From an uncultured Comamonadaceae bacterium (lineage in GTDB: Bacteria > Pseudomonadota > Gammaproteobacteria > Burkholderiales > Burkholderiaceae_C): a stretch of DNA of 64,000 nt. Location: contig CBKZAG010000001.1 of assembly GCA_966692625.1 (NCBI GenBank), positions 21,228-85,227 of the forward strand, written 5' to 3'. Both the position numbers and the translations under genes were made by a program. A model generated the notes under the pieces. It saw only the letters and a program-made list of their open reading frames with translations. It searched no databases and was not told the DNA's origin. The stretch's first letter is position 1; each line of letters opens with the position of its first letter. Of this stretch, positions 18,283 to 28,185 are shown one piece after another.

Positions 18283-19359
18283 TCACGAGCGGCCAGACTT
18301 CGATGTACTCATCCGCTCTATCAACGTGCAGGACAGGGCTTCACTGAGCGGCTCCTGTCCTTCCGCAATCGACTCCAGGACGGCACGCGCCGTCACACGT
18401 CCAATCTCTGCGGTCGGAGGGCGCACGGTTGACAGCGAAGGATCAAGCTGACGGCCGATCGGAAAGTCCCCGAACCCAAGCAAGGCAAGACGGCCCGGCA
18501 CTTCGATGCCCTGTGCATGGGCTTCCATCAGCGTTCCGCAGGCCAGGTGGTCATTGGCGAATGCCGCTGCAGTGATGGGCGATTTCGCTTCCGCCAGCAA
18601 GCTGGACAGCACTTGCCGGCCCGCGTCAAACGCGTCACCAGTATGGGCACGCAGGCGCTGCACCCGCGCGCCCAAGCTCCGCGCCTCTGCCTCGAAACCG
18701 TCGCCGCGCTCGTGGGCGCGAAAGTCCTCGGTCACGCCGCTGTCCACGTAGGCCAGACTGTCGTGCCCGAGTTCGACGAGGCGCGCAGCCATCTGGCGGC
18801 CCGTCTGGAAGTGGTCAAAGCCTATCTGCGCGAAGTCCTCTGGGTCCGTGTTTTGGCTGTGATGGTCCCAGATTTCGACGACGGGCGTTCCCGCGTCCCG
18901 GGCTTCGCGCAGCAGCCGCAAGGCGCCAGGCGTGTGCTGCCGCCCAGTGACCACGATGGCCCCCGGGGTCCAGCCGGTCAGGGCACGCAACTGGGTTTCC
19001 TCGCGCTCCAGTGAATAGCCGGTCGACAACAGCAAAAGCTCGTAACCGCTGCCGTGAAGCCCCTCGGTCAGGCTCTGTATGGTTTCGGCAAAGATCGAGT
19101 GACCCACATTCGGGATCAGCGCTGCGACCAGGCGCGAAGCCCCACTGGCCAGGTGACCGGCCAGTTGGTTGGGGACATAGCCTGTGCGCTCGATCGCTTC
19201 ACGAATCTTGGCCGCCGTGGCTTCCGCAACACGCTCGGGCTGGCGTATGTACCGCGAGACGGTGATGCGTGTCACGCCTGCGGCTTCCGCCACGTCGTGG
19301 AGGGTAGGGCGACCATGACCGCGCCTGGGACGGCGGCTGAATTCCGGAGTGGATGACAT
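18283..19359 (-). CDS. LacI-family transcriptional regulator
   Basis: ORF 18283..19419, trimmed to the ATG at 19359. HTH TLHDVAEAAGVTRITVSRYI is followed by a periplasmic-binding-protein-like sugar-binding core. Confidence 0.85.
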   Translation of the reverse strand: MSSTPEFSRRPRRGHGRPTLHDVAEAAGVTRITVSRYIRQPERVAEATAAKIREAIERTGYVPNQLAGHLASGASRLVAALIPNVGHSIFAETIQSLTEGLHGSGYELLLLSTGYSLEREETQLRALTGWTPGAIVVTGRQHTPGALRLLREARDAGTPVVEIWDHHSQNTDPEDFAQIGFDHFQTGRQMAARLVELGHDSLAYVDSGVTEDFRAHERGDGFEAEARSLGARVQRLRAHTGDAFDAGRQVLSSLLAEAKSPITAAAFANDHLACGTLMEAHAQGIEVPGRLALLGFGDFPIGRQLDPSLSTVRPPTAEIGRVTARAVLESIAEGQEPLSEALSCTLIERMSTSKSGRS

Positions 19360-19404
19360 CAATCTAGGGTAATTACTGATGCGTAAAGTTTGCACCGCCG
19401 TTAA

Positions 19405-19418
19405 TGTTACCGGTAACA
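19405..19418. promoter_or_regulatory. Candidate LacI/GntR-type operator TGTTACCGGTAACA
   Basis: A perfect 14-bp palindrome with a central CG, as expected for LacI-family operators. It lies in the divergent lacI-like/dehydratase intergenic region. Confidence 0.55.
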
Positions 19419-19460
19419 CGAGATGACTTCAATCCCGTATTCAGAGCCCAAGGAAATCTG

Positions 19461-21197
19461 ATGACCTTAACTCTCGACAATCTCCGCAGCCGCCGTTGGT
19501 TTGCCGCCAACGACATGCGGGGCTTCGCACACCGCCAGCGCATTCAGCAAATGGGTCTGCGCCGGGAAGACGTGCTGGAGCGGCCCATCGTCGGCATCAT
19601 CAACACCTGGAGCGACCTTTCCCCGTGCCACGCGCACTTGCGCGAAAGGGCGGAAAGCGTCAAGCGCGGGGTGTTGATGGCTGGCGGAATGCCCTTCGAG
19701 TTGCCTGCAATGAGCCTGGGGGAGGTGATGGTCAAGCCCACCACCATGCTCTACAGAAACTTCCTGGCCATGGAAGCCGAAGAGCTGCTGCGCTCACTGC
19801 CGCTGGACGGCGTGGTGTTGCTCGCCGGGTGCGACAAGACGACACCCGGTACGCTGATGGGCGCGATAAGCGCGAACCTGCCAACACTGTTTTGTGCTGC
19901 GGGCCCGATGTTGAGTGACCGGTACCTCAGACCAGGCGAACCAGCACGGCTCATTGGCGCCGGTACCCACACACGCATGTTCTGGGACGAATACCAGGCG
20001 GGCAGCATTGATGACGCCGAGTGGGTTCGCCTGGAGGCCAAGATGACACGCTCCCCGGGCACGTGCAACACGATGGGGACGGCCAGCACCATGACGGCCA
20101 TCGTCGAGGCCTTGGGCCTTGCGTTGCCGGGTTCCACCACGATACCGGCGATGGATGCCGGCCACTCCCGGATGGCGGCAGACTGCGGCGAACGCATTGT
20201 GCAGATGATCTGGGACGACCTGACTCCCTCACGCATCCTGACCCGGGGCGCTTTCGTCAACGCCGCCACCATACAGATGGCTCTGGGCGGTTCAACCAAC
20301 GCCGCAGTGCATGTGATTGCCATGGCGCGGCGCGCCGGTGTCGATTTGAGCCTGGACGATCTGGATGAACTGGGGCGCCGCATTCCGGTGTTGGCCAACC
20401 TGTTTCCCAGCGGCGACCGCCTGATGGAGGATTTCCATTACGCAGGTGGCGTGCCCGCCTTGATGAACCGCATGCGCGAGCATCTGTCTCTGGCGGAACT
20501 GACGGTCACGGGGCGCACGGTGGCAGAGAACATCGCTGGCCGCGAGTCGCTCGACGACGAGGTGATTCGCCCCCTGGACCGGCCGGTGAGCACCGCGGGG
20601 GCATTGGCCGTGCTGCGCGGCAACCTCGCGCCCGCTGGCGCGGTGATGAAGGCCAGTGCAGCGAGCCCGCAGTTCCTGCATCACAGGGGCACGGCGCTCG
20701 TGTTTGACAACCCGCAAGAGATGGTGGAGCGTTGCGCCGACCCGGAACTGGACTGTGATGAGAACACCGTGCTCGTCCTGCGCAACGCTGGGCCGGTGGG
20801 AGCGCCCGGCATGCCTGAATGGGGCGGACTGCCGATTCCGAAGAAATTGCTCGCGCGCGGTGTGCGTGACATGGTTCGCATTTCAGACGCACGCATGAGC
20901 GGCACGCATTACGGCAGCTGTGTACTGCACGTGAGCCCCGAGAGCGCTGTGGGCGGGCCGCTCGCACTTGTCAAGAACGGGGACGAGATCGCCATAGACG
21001 TGTCGGCGGGCCGTATCGACCTGCTTGTCGAGGACGCGGAGCTCGAGCGCCGCCGTGCCGCCTGGACGCCACCGGCACGCCCTCACCAAAGGGGCTACAT
21101 CCGCCTGTACCAGGAGCATGTGACCCAGGCCCACGAAGGCTGCGATTTCGACTTTTTGCAGGGCGACACCCCGGCGCCCGAGTACCCGATATTTTGA
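19461..21197 (+). CDS. IlvD/Edd-family sugar-acid dehydratase (arabinonate/xylonate-dehydratase-like)
   Basis: ORF 19404..21197, trimmed to the ATG at 19461, which is preceded by AAGGAA. The motifs RSRRWF...GFAHRQR.QQMG..., CDKTTPG and the Fe-S ligand region PGTCNTMGTA are present. Confidence 0.85.
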   Translation: MTLTLDNLRSRRWFAANDMRGFAHRQRIQQMGLRREDVLERPIVGIINTWSDLSPCHAHLRERAESVKRGVLMAGGMPFELPAMSLGEVMVKPTTMLYRNFLAMEAEELLRSLPLDGVVLLAGCDKTTPGTLMGAISANLPTLFCAAGPMLSDRYLRPGEPARLIGAGTHTRMFWDEYQAGSIDDAEWVRLEAKMTRSPGTCNTMGTASTMTAIVEALGLALPGSTTIPAMDAGHSRMAADCGERIVQMIWDDLTPSRILTRGAFVNAATIQMALGGSTNAAVHVIAMARRAGVDLSLDDLDELGRRIPVLANLFPSGDRLMEDFHYAGGVPALMNRMREHLSLAELTVTGRTVAENIAGRESLDDEVIRPLDRPVSTAGALAVLRGNLAPAGAVMKASAASPQFLHHRGTALVFDNPQEMVERCADPELDCDENTVLVLRNAGPVGAPGMPEWGGLPIPKKLLARGVRDMVRISDARMSGTHYGSCVLHVSPESAVGGPLALVKNGDEIAIDVSAGRIDLLVEDAELERRRAAWTPPARPHQRGYIRLYQEHVTQAHEGCDFDFLQGDTPAPEYPIF

Positions 21198-21207
21198 AAG
21201 CACGCTG

Positions 21208-22008
21208 ATGAACGCATTTCAAGAACTGATGGCCCATGCCGCAACGCGGCCGCCGGTGGGCACCTGGCTGATGTCGGCCAGCCCGATCGTCTGCGAGGCG
21301 ATGGGCTGCGCGGGCTTTGACTGGGGCGTGGTGGACATGGAGCACACGCCGCTGGACATGATGGAGGTCGTCCACATGCTGCAGGCTTTGGCAGCAACGC
21401 CAATGAAGCCTGTGGTGCGGGTGCCCTGGAACGATCGCGTGACCATCAAGCGCGTGCTCGATGCAGGCGCCGCCACATTGCTCGTGCCGTTCGTGCAGGA
21501 CGCCGAAGAGGCGCGGGCAGCGGTGGCCGCCACCCGGTACCCGCCTGAAGGATGCCGTGGGGTCGCGGGGATGAGCCGGGCATCGCGCTTTGGCACGGCC
21601 CAGGCTTACGTGGCCACGGCCAACCGCAGCATCGGCGTGATCGTTCAGCTGGAAACAGCCGAGGCCATCGGCAAGCTGGACGAGATTGCCCAGGTCGAGG
21701 GAGTGGATGCCTTGTTCATCGGCCCTGGCGACCTTTCGGCCACCATGGGATTGCCGGGCCAGCTCACTCACCCGCGCGTGCTTGCGTTGACGGCAGACGC
21801 CGTGCGCCGAGCCAAGGCGCTGGGCAAACCGATCGGAACGGTGGGTGGAACACCGGAAGTGGTGCGGGAATACCTCGCCATGGGATTTGATTTCGTCGCC
21901 ATTGCATCGGATCTTGGTTTGCTGATGCGCAGTGCGCAGAGCGCGTTGTCCGCGCTGCGCGGAACTGGCACCTCCGAAACCCCGCAAACCTCTCAAGGAG
22001 CTTACTGA
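21208..22008 (+). CDS. HpcH/HpaI-family 2-keto-3-deoxy-sugar-acid aldolase
   Basis: GTWL...EAMGCAGFDWGVVDMEHTPLD..., VRVPWND and GPGDLSA are typical of HpcH/GarL/RhmA-type aldolases. Confidence 0.8.
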   Translation: MNAFQELMAHAATRPPVGTWLMSASPIVCEAMGCAGFDWGVVDMEHTPLDMMEVVHMLQALAATPMKPVVRVPWNDRVTIKRVLDAGAATLLVPFVQDAEEARAAVAATRYPPEGCRGVAGMSRASRFGTAQAYVATANRSIGVIVQLETAEAIGKLDEIAQVEGVDALFIGPGDLSATMGLPGQLTHPRVLALTADAVRRAKALGKPIGTVGGTPEVVREYLAMGFDFVAIASDLGLLMRSAQSALSALRGTGTSETPQTSQGAY

Positions 22009-23075
22009 TGGCAGCCGTAGAACTGCGCCAGGTCGTGAAGAACTACGACGGCAAAAACAATGTGATCCACGGTATCGACCTGGAAATTCGCCAGGGCGAA
22101 TTCGTGGTCTTCGTGGGCCCTTCCGGTTGCGGCAAGAGCACGCTGCTGCGGATGATCGCAGGCCTGGAGTCGATCTCGGGCGGGGAAGTGCGCATCGGCG
22201 GGCAGGTCGTCAACGACAGGCCGCCACGTTCGCGCGACATCGCCATGGTGTTCCAGGACTATGCGCTGTACCCCCACAAGTCGCTCTACGACAACATGGC
22301 GTTTGGTCTGCGCCTGCGCAAGACGCCTGAAGACGAGATCAAACGGCGGGTGATGGACGCCGCGCGCCTGCTGCGGATCGACCACATGCTGGACCGCAAG
22401 CCGGCCGCACTTTCCGGCGGCCAGCGCCAGCGGGTTGCCATCGGGCGAGCCATCGTGCGGCAGCCAGCCGTGTTCCTGTTCGACGAACCCCTGTCCAACC
22501 TCGATGCCCAGCTGCGGCACGAGATGCGTACCGAGATCAAGCGCCTGCACCAACGCCTTGGCGCAACGATGATTTACGTGACCCACGACCAGGTGGAGGC
22601 GATGACGCTGGCCGACCGCATCGCCGTTTTGAGTGCCGGGCACAAGATGCAGTACGACACGCCCGACGCCATCTACAACCGGCCAGCCGCCTTGTTCGTC
22701 GCAGGGTTCACCGGTGCGCCGCCCATGAACCTGGTGGACGCCATGGTGGCCGACGGGCACGCGGAACTGGGCGCTGGCGTGCGCCTGCCGCTGCCGTCCC
22801 GCCTTGCTGGCCGTGGCGGCCCGGCCAAGCTTGGGATACGTCCCGAGAACCTGCGCCTGACACCCGAGCAAGGCGACGTGAATCTGGCTGCGACCGTGTC
22901 CCTGCTCGAACCGCTGGGGGCCGAAACGCTGGTGACGCTCAAGGCCGGAGCCACTGAAATGATCGCTCGCTTGCCAGCTTCTTTCCGCGAGGCACCGGGC
23001 ACCCAGTTGGCGCTCAACCTCAACCCCGAGCACTTGCATCTGTTCCACCCGGACAGCGGCGAGGCACTAGTCTGA
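22008..23075 (+). CDS. Sugar ABC transporter ATP-binding protein (UgpC/MalK-type)
   Basis: Walker A GPSGCGKST, signature LSGGQRQR, Walker B FLFDEPLSNLD and a MalK-like C-terminal regulatory domain. Confidence 0.9.
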   Translation: MAAVELRQVVKNYDGKNNVIHGIDLEIRQGEFVVFVGPSGCGKSTLLRMIAGLESISGGEVRIGGQVVNDRPPRSRDIAMVFQDYALYPHKSLYDNMAFGLRLRKTPEDEIKRRVMDAARLLRIDHMLDRKPAALSGGQRQRVAIGRAIVRQPAVFLFDEPLSNLDAQLRHEMRTEIKRLHQRLGATMIYVTHDQVEAMTLADRIAVLSAGHKMQYDTPDAIYNRPAALFVAGFTGAPPMNLVDAMVADGHAELGAGVRLPLPSRLAGRGGPAKLGIRPENLRLTPEQGDVNLAATVSLLEPLGAETLVTLKAGATEMIARLPASFREAPGTQLALNLNPEHLHLFHPDSGEALV

Positions 23076-23097
23076 CCAACCACCACCGAAGGAGACG

Positions 23098-24372
23098 ATG
23101 ATGCAAAGACGACACAAGCTTCTGGCGCTGTTGAGTGCCACACTTCTGACCGCAGTGCTGCCCCCGGCCGTCGCGCAGGGCGAGACCCGGCTGCGAGCCT
23201 TCGCTGGCGGTTCGGGCCAGCGGCCTGACCTGATGCGCAAGCTGTTCGATCAGTACCAGGCAAAAAACCCCGGCGTCAAGATTGACGTGGAGACAGGGGG
23301 CGCCACCTCGGAACTGCAGCGCCAGTACCTGAGCACGGTGCTCAACGCCAAAGACTCCGCGATTGACCTGTTCATGATCGACATCGTGAACCCGGCCCAA
23401 TACGTGGGTGCTGGCTGGATCGAGCCGCTCAACGCCTACCTGGGCGATCCGGCCGTCGCCATGAAACCGTACCTGCCAGCCTATGCGGCCGCAAACGTCA
23501 TCGACGGCAAGATTGCCGCCATGCCGGCATTTGCCGATGCAATGTTCATGTACTACCGGCGCGACCTGCTTGAGAAATACAAGCTGCCTGAGCCGAAGAC
23601 ATGGGACGAACTGGCCGTTTCGGCGCGCAAGATCCAGCAAGGGGAGGGCGATCCCAATCTGCAGGGGCTGTCCATCCAGGGCGCGCCGATCGAAGGGGCC
23701 GTCTGCACCTTCATGCTTCCCTATTGGAGCCTGGGCAAGGAGCTGAACGACGCGGCCGGCAAGCTGACCCTGGACAAGGCCGCAGCCGCCAAGGGGCTGA
23801 ACCAGTGGCTGACGCTGGTTGACCAAGGCGTCATCAAGAAGAACGTCGCCGAGGTCAAGACCCCCGACACGGTCAACGAGTTCAAGGCGGGCCAGGTGGT
23901 ATTCGCCATCAACTGGGGCTTTGCGTGGGACCGCTTCAAGGACGACACCGACAGCAAGGTCTCTGGCAAGGTTGGGGTGATGGCTTTGCCCGCCATGACC
24001 GGTGGCAAGAGCGCGACCTGCGTGGGCGGGTGGCAATGGGCGGTGAGCGCCTTTAGCAAGAACAAGGCCGAAGCGGCCAAGCTGGTGAAGTTCCTGGCCA
24101 GCCCGGAGGCGAGCAAGTTCCTGGCCATTGAGGGCTCGCTGCTGCCAACCGCGATTCCGGTATATGAAGACCCCGAAGTCCAGAAGGCCGTGCCCTGGTT
24201 CAAAGATGCAGCCCCCGTTGTGGTGGCGGGCCGCAGCCGCCCGCAGTCGCGTGATTACGGCCAGGTCAGCGATGTGATACGGACCACGACCAGCGCGGTG
24301 CTGGCACGCACGAAGAAGCCGGACGAAGGTGTGGCTGAAATCGAGGGGCGCCTGCGGCGCGTGATGCGGTGA
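23098..24372 (+). CDS. Extracellular solute-binding protein, carbohydrate (CUT1) family
   Basis: Signal peptide ending AVAQG; a 424-aa family-1 SBP-like sequence. Confidence 0.85.
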   Translation: MMQRRHKLLALLSATLLTAVLPPAVAQGETRLRAFAGGSGQRPDLMRKLFDQYQAKNPGVKIDVETGGATSELQRQYLSTVLNAKDSAIDLFMIDIVNPAQYVGAGWIEPLNAYLGDPAVAMKPYLPAYAAANVIDGKIAAMPAFADAMFMYYRRDLLEKYKLPEPKTWDELAVSARKIQQGEGDPNLQGLSIQGAPIEGAVCTFMLPYWSLGKELNDAAGKLTLDKAAAAKGLNQWLTLVDQGVIKKNVAEVKTPDTVNEFKAGQVVFAINWGFAWDRFKDDTDSKVSGKVGVMALPAMTGGKSATCVGGWQWAVSAFSKNKAEAAKLVKFLASPEASKFLAIEGSLLPTAIPVYEDPEVQKAVPWFKDAAPVVVAGRSRPQSRDYGQVSDVIRTTTSAVLARTKKPDEGVAEIEGRLRRVMR

Positions 24373-25301
24373 AGATGAACGACAGCGGTTTGGCTGGGCA
24401 CGAGGCACGCATGAGCACATTCGAACGGCTGAAGGACCCGAGCGACAAGGCCCTGGCCTTCATGCTGCTCGCGCCTGCCTTCGTGCTGCTGGCCCTGATT
24501 GTGGTCTACCCGATAGGGCGGCTGATCTGGAACAGCTTCTTCGATCTGCGCCTGTCGGGGGGAACTGGCGCACAGTTCGTCGGCCTGGAAAACTACGTGA
24601 TGGTGCTGCAGGACCATGACTTCTGGAATGCGACCTGGAACACGGTTCTCATCACGCTGATCACCGTGCCTGGCGCACTGGTGGCCGGGCTGGGTCTGGC
24701 CCTGCTGGCCAACCTGCCGTTCAGGCGCCAGTGGCCGGTGCGCCTGGCGCTGTTGCTGCCGTGGGCCCTGCCGCTGGCGTTTGCGGGTCTGATCTTCGCG
24801 TGGTTCTTTCACTCCGAATATGGCGTGGTCAACGACGTCGCTCGCCGCCTGGGCCAGTCGGAGCCTCGGATGTGGCTGCTGGAACCCGATTGGGCATTCG
24901 CGGCGATCTGCCTGACGATCATCTGGAAGACCAGCTCCTTCATGGCGTTGATCCTGCTGGCGGGCCTGCAGATGATCCCGAAGTCTCTGTACGAAGCAGC
25001 AGAGGTGGACGGCGCATCCAAATGGCAACAGTTCTGGCAGATCACGATCCCGATGCTGATGCCATCGATCATCGTCGCGCTGATCTTCCGCACCATCACG
25101 GCGCTGCAGACTTTTGACATCCCGTACACGATGACCAAGGGCGGTCCGGGCAACGCAACCGAAACCCTGGCCATGCTGATCCACAAGACAACGATCGACT
25201 ACCTCGACGTTGGCTACGGCTCGACGCTGGCGGTGTTCATGTTTGTGCTGTCGCTGTTCGTGACCGGCTTTTACCTCAAGCGCATAGGACGCAACGCATG
25301 A
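24369..25301 (+). CDS. Carbohydrate ABC transporter permease
   Basis: A MalF/UgpA-like 6-TM protein with an EAA-loop region (YEAAEVDGASKWQQFWQITIP). The start is uncertain: GTG 24369, ATG 24375 or ATG 24411. Confidence 0.85.
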   Translation: MKMNDSGLAGHEARMSTFERLKDPSDKALAFMLLAPAFVLLALIVVYPIGRLIWNSFFDLRLSGGTGAQFVGLENYVMVLQDHDFWNATWNTVLITLITVPGALVAGLGLALLANLPFRRQWPVRLALLLPWALPLAFAGLIFAWFFHSEYGVVNDVARRLGQSEPRMWLLEPDWAFAAICLTIIWKTSSFMALILLAGLQMIPKSLYEAAEVDGASKWQQFWQITIPMLMPSIIVALIFRTITALQTFDIPYTMTKGGPGNATETLAMLIHKTTIDYLDVGYGSTLAVFMFVLSLFVTGFYLKRIGRNA

Positions 25302-26128
25302 ACAAGCTCTTCGAGGGGCGCTCGCTGCGCCTGATCGCTGCCGGGATCGTCGTGGTCAACGGCTTCTTCCCGGCCGTGTGGATCCTGCTGACTTCGCTCA
25401 AGACCGAGGCGGAGCTGGTGAGCAAGCCCATCACCTACCTGCCGCACCAGTTGGTGCTGTCGAACTACGTGCAGGCGTTCACCGACCAGCCGCTGCTCAA
25501 GTACCTGGGCAACAGCTTGATCGTCGCTGTGCTGTCCACCCTGGTGGCACTCACGGTTGCTGCGTTTGCGGCCTACGCCATTGCCCGGCTGAACCTCCGG
25601 CACCGGCAGCTGATCCTGACCTGCATCGTTGCATCCAGCATGTTCCCGCTGGTGACGCTGCTGGTGCCGATCTTCGAGACCATGCGCAACCTCAACCTGC
25701 TCAACACCTACACCGCCCTGGTCTTGCCTTACACGGTGTTGAGCTTGCCCGTCTGCACCTTGGTCTTGGTGAGCTTCTTTCAAAGCATCCCGAAAGACCT
25801 TGAGAACGCAGCCATGATCGACGGCTGCACCCGCATCGGCGCGTTGTGGCGCGTGGTCGTGCCGCTGGCAGCGCCTGGGGTGTTCACGGCAGGCATTCTG
25901 GCTTTCGTCAATGCATGGGACGAATTCCTGCTCGCGCTCTCGCTGAACGCCAGCGCCGGAATGCGCACGCTCCCGGTGGGCATCTCACTGTACCAGGGGG
26001 AATTCACCTTCCCATGGCCAGTCATTTCGGCGGCGCTCGTGGTGGCCATCGTGCCCATCGCGGTGCTGATCGCCTTGTTCCAGGAACGCGTGGTAGGCGG
26101 GCTGACCCAGGGCGGCCTCAAAGGCTGA
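25298..26128 (+). CDS. Carbohydrate ABC transporter permease
   Basis: MalG/UgpE-like with EAA loop ENAAMIDGCTRIGALWRVVVP. It forms an ATGA overlap with the upstream gene. Confidence 0.85.
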   Translation: MNKLFEGRSLRLIAAGIVVVNGFFPAVWILLTSLKTEAELVSKPITYLPHQLVLSNYVQAFTDQPLLKYLGNSLIVAVLSTLVALTVAAFAAYAIARLNLRHRQLILTCIVASSMFPLVTLLVPIFETMRNLNLLNTYTALVLPYTVLSLPVCTLVLVSFFQSIPKDLENAAMIDGCTRIGALWRVVVPLAAPGVFTAGILAFVNAWDEFLLALSLNASAGMRTLPVGISLYQGEFTFPWPVISAALVVAIVPIAVLIALFQERVVGGLTQGGLKG

Positions 26129-26176
26129 GCCCACACCTACCCAATTCATCAACACGGTAAGAGACAGAGGAAAACC

Positions 26177-27292
26177 ATGTCGCAAACACTTCGTTACGGC
26201 ATCATTGGCTGCGGCAGCATGGGCCGCGAACATATCGAGAACCTGCGTGCCATGGGGGGTGCGGAAGTCACAGCCATTGCCGACCCCCACGGCCCCAGCC
26301 GCGAGGCAGCGCTGGCCATACTGCCCCCTGGCGTACAGGTGTTCGAACACTACCAGCCACTGCTCGACAGCGGTCTGTGCGACGCTGTAGTGATTGCGAC
26401 ACCCAACTTCACGCACATCGAAATCATGCGCGCCGCGCTGCAGACGGAGCTGCACATTCTGGTCGAGAAGCCATTGGTGACGCGCATTGAGGATGGGCTG
26501 GAGATGATGTCCCTGGCCAGCCGCCGCAAGGCCATGGTGTGGGTGGCGCAGGAATACCGCTACATGCCGCCAGTGGCCGAGATGATTCGCATGGCACACG
26601 AAGGCGCCATTGGGCGGCTCCACCAGGTTGCGATCCGCGAGCACCGCGAGCCCTTTTACCCCAAGGTGGGCGACTGGAACCGGTTCAGCGCCAACACCGG
26701 CGGCACCCTGGTCGAGAAATGCTGCCACTACTTCAACCTCATGGACCTGATCCTGCGCGAAAAACCCGTGCGCGTGTTCGCATCGGGCGGTCAGCGTGTC
26801 AACCACCTGAACGAAGAGTACGGCGGCCGCAGACCCGACATCCTGGACAGCGCCTACGTGATCGTGGAATACGGCAGCGGTGCGCGCGCCATGCTGGACC
26901 TGTGCATGTTCGCCGAGAACTCGATCGACAACGAACACATCGTGGTGGTCGGCGATGAGGGCAAGCTGGAGTCACTGCTGCCTTCTCTGACGCTGCGCTA
27001 CGGCCGCCGCGAAGACTGGGGCCGTCGTGAAGTGTGGGGGCAGCCTTCAGGCACTGGCAAGGGCGTGGCAGTGCGCCGCGTCTGGGACACCAACATCAAG
27101 TACCCCGGTCAGCATTTCGGTGCTTCGTATATCGAACACCAGCATTTCTCGGACGCAATACGCCACGGCAGGCCAGCGGAAGTCACCTTGGAGGAGGGCT
27201 TGCGCAGCGTCGCAACAGGACTGGCTGCCCACCGCAGCATCGAGCTCGGCCGAGCTGTCGAACTCAGCGAAGTCCTGCCGGCCGGTTGGTGA
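26177..27292 (+). CDS. Gfo/Idh/MocA-family NAD(P)-dependent sugar dehydrogenase
   Basis: N-terminal Rossmann motif YGIIGCGSMGREH... and the EKP motif (VEKPL). Confidence 0.85.
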   Translation: MSQTLRYGIIGCGSMGREHIENLRAMGGAEVTAIADPHGPSREAALAILPPGVQVFEHYQPLLDSGLCDAVVIATPNFTHIEIMRAALQTELHILVEKPLVTRIEDGLEMMSLASRRKAMVWVAQEYRYMPPVAEMIRMAHEGAIGRLHQVAIREHREPFYPKVGDWNRFSANTGGTLVEKCCHYFNLMDLILREKPVRVFASGGQRVNHLNEEYGGRRPDILDSAYVIVEYGSGARAMLDLCMFAENSIDNEHIVVVGDEGKLESLLPSLTLRYGRREDWGRREVWGQPSGTGKGVAVRRVWDTNIKYPGQHFGASYIEHQHFSDAIRHGRPAEVTLEEGLRSVATGLAAHRSIELGRAVELSEVLPAGW

Positions 27293-27312
27293 GCCCGGCA
27301 GACGTTTGCGCG

Positions 27313-28185
27313 ATGGACAGCATCAACCAGGGGCACACGCTCATTGCAGGGGATCTGCGTGCCGTGGTGCGGGCGGACCTGGGTGGCAGCCTGGCCGGTC
27401 TGTGGCACGGCCAAACCCCTGTGTTGCGCTCCGTCGAGGCCGCCGCGCTGCAGGGGCCGCGTCAGTCGGCCTGTTTTCCGCTCATACCCTATTCGAACCG
27501 GCTGGGCTGGCGCCGCTTCATGTGGCAGGGGCATGAATACACCACGGCGCCGAATTTTGAAGGCAGCCCGCATTCATTGCATGGTGTGGGCTGGCAACGG
27601 CCATGGCAGGCGGTGGTCTGCACCAGCAGTGCCATGACCCTGCGCATGCGACACCTGCCTGACGCCGATTGGCCATTTGCGTTCGATGCCGAACAGCGCC
27701 TGGTGCTCACGCCCCGGTCGTTGCGCATGGAACTCGACATGACCAACACGGACAAGGTGCCTCAACCGGCAGGGCTGGGCTGGCACCCTTACTTCCCCAA
27801 GCGAGCCGCGAGCTGCGTGGACATACGCGTCAACAGCCGCTGGGAAGCCGATGCCACGTTGCTGCCGACGCACGCCGTCGATCAACCGGCGTTGCGGGGC
27901 AGGGTGGACGCGATGAACTTCGACCACTGCTTTGGCGGCTGGAATGGCACGGCGCTGATCGAGGACGCGGAACTGATGGTTCGGCTGTCGGCCAGTGTGC
28001 CGTGGCTGGTCGTCTTCACCCCGCCCGCCCAGCCTCACTTCTGCGTCGAGCCAGTCAGCCACGTGAACGACGCCATCCACGCGCCGGATCCGGCCGCGCA
28101 CGGGCTGGTGACCTTGCCCCCGGGCAAAACGCTGAGTGCCTGGATGACCCTGGACATCGAACCCCAAGCAAGGAGCGCGTCTTGA
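27313..28185 (+). CDS. Aldose 1-epimerase (mutarotase)-family protein
   Basis: ORF 27034..28185, trimmed to the ATG at 27313 because the extension overlaps the upstream gene. The motifs FPLIPYSNR..., HG.GW and GWHPYF are present. Confidence 0.75.
   Translation: MDSINQGHTLIAGDLRAVVRADLGGSLAGLWHGQTPVLRSVEAAALQGPRQSACFPLIPYSNRLGWRRFMWQGHEYTTAPNFEGSPHSLHGVGWQRPWQAVVCTSSAMTLRMRHLPDADWPFAFDAEQRLVLTPRSLRMELDMTNTDKVPQPAGLGWHPYFPKRAASCVDIRVNSRWEADATLLPTHAVDQPALRGRVDAMNFDHCFGGWNGTALIEDAELMVRLSASVPWLVVFTPPAQPHFCVEPVSHVNDAIHAPDPAAHGLVTLPPGKTLSAWMTLDIEPQARSAS

Noticed and set aside
20971-24420. Minus-strand ORFs of 341-466 aa (20971..21996, 22002..23048, 23020..24420) opposite the aldolase and ABC transporter genes
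   Set aside because: These are antisense shadow ORFs. The plus-strand products carry Walker/signature motifs, signal peptides and aldolase motifs.
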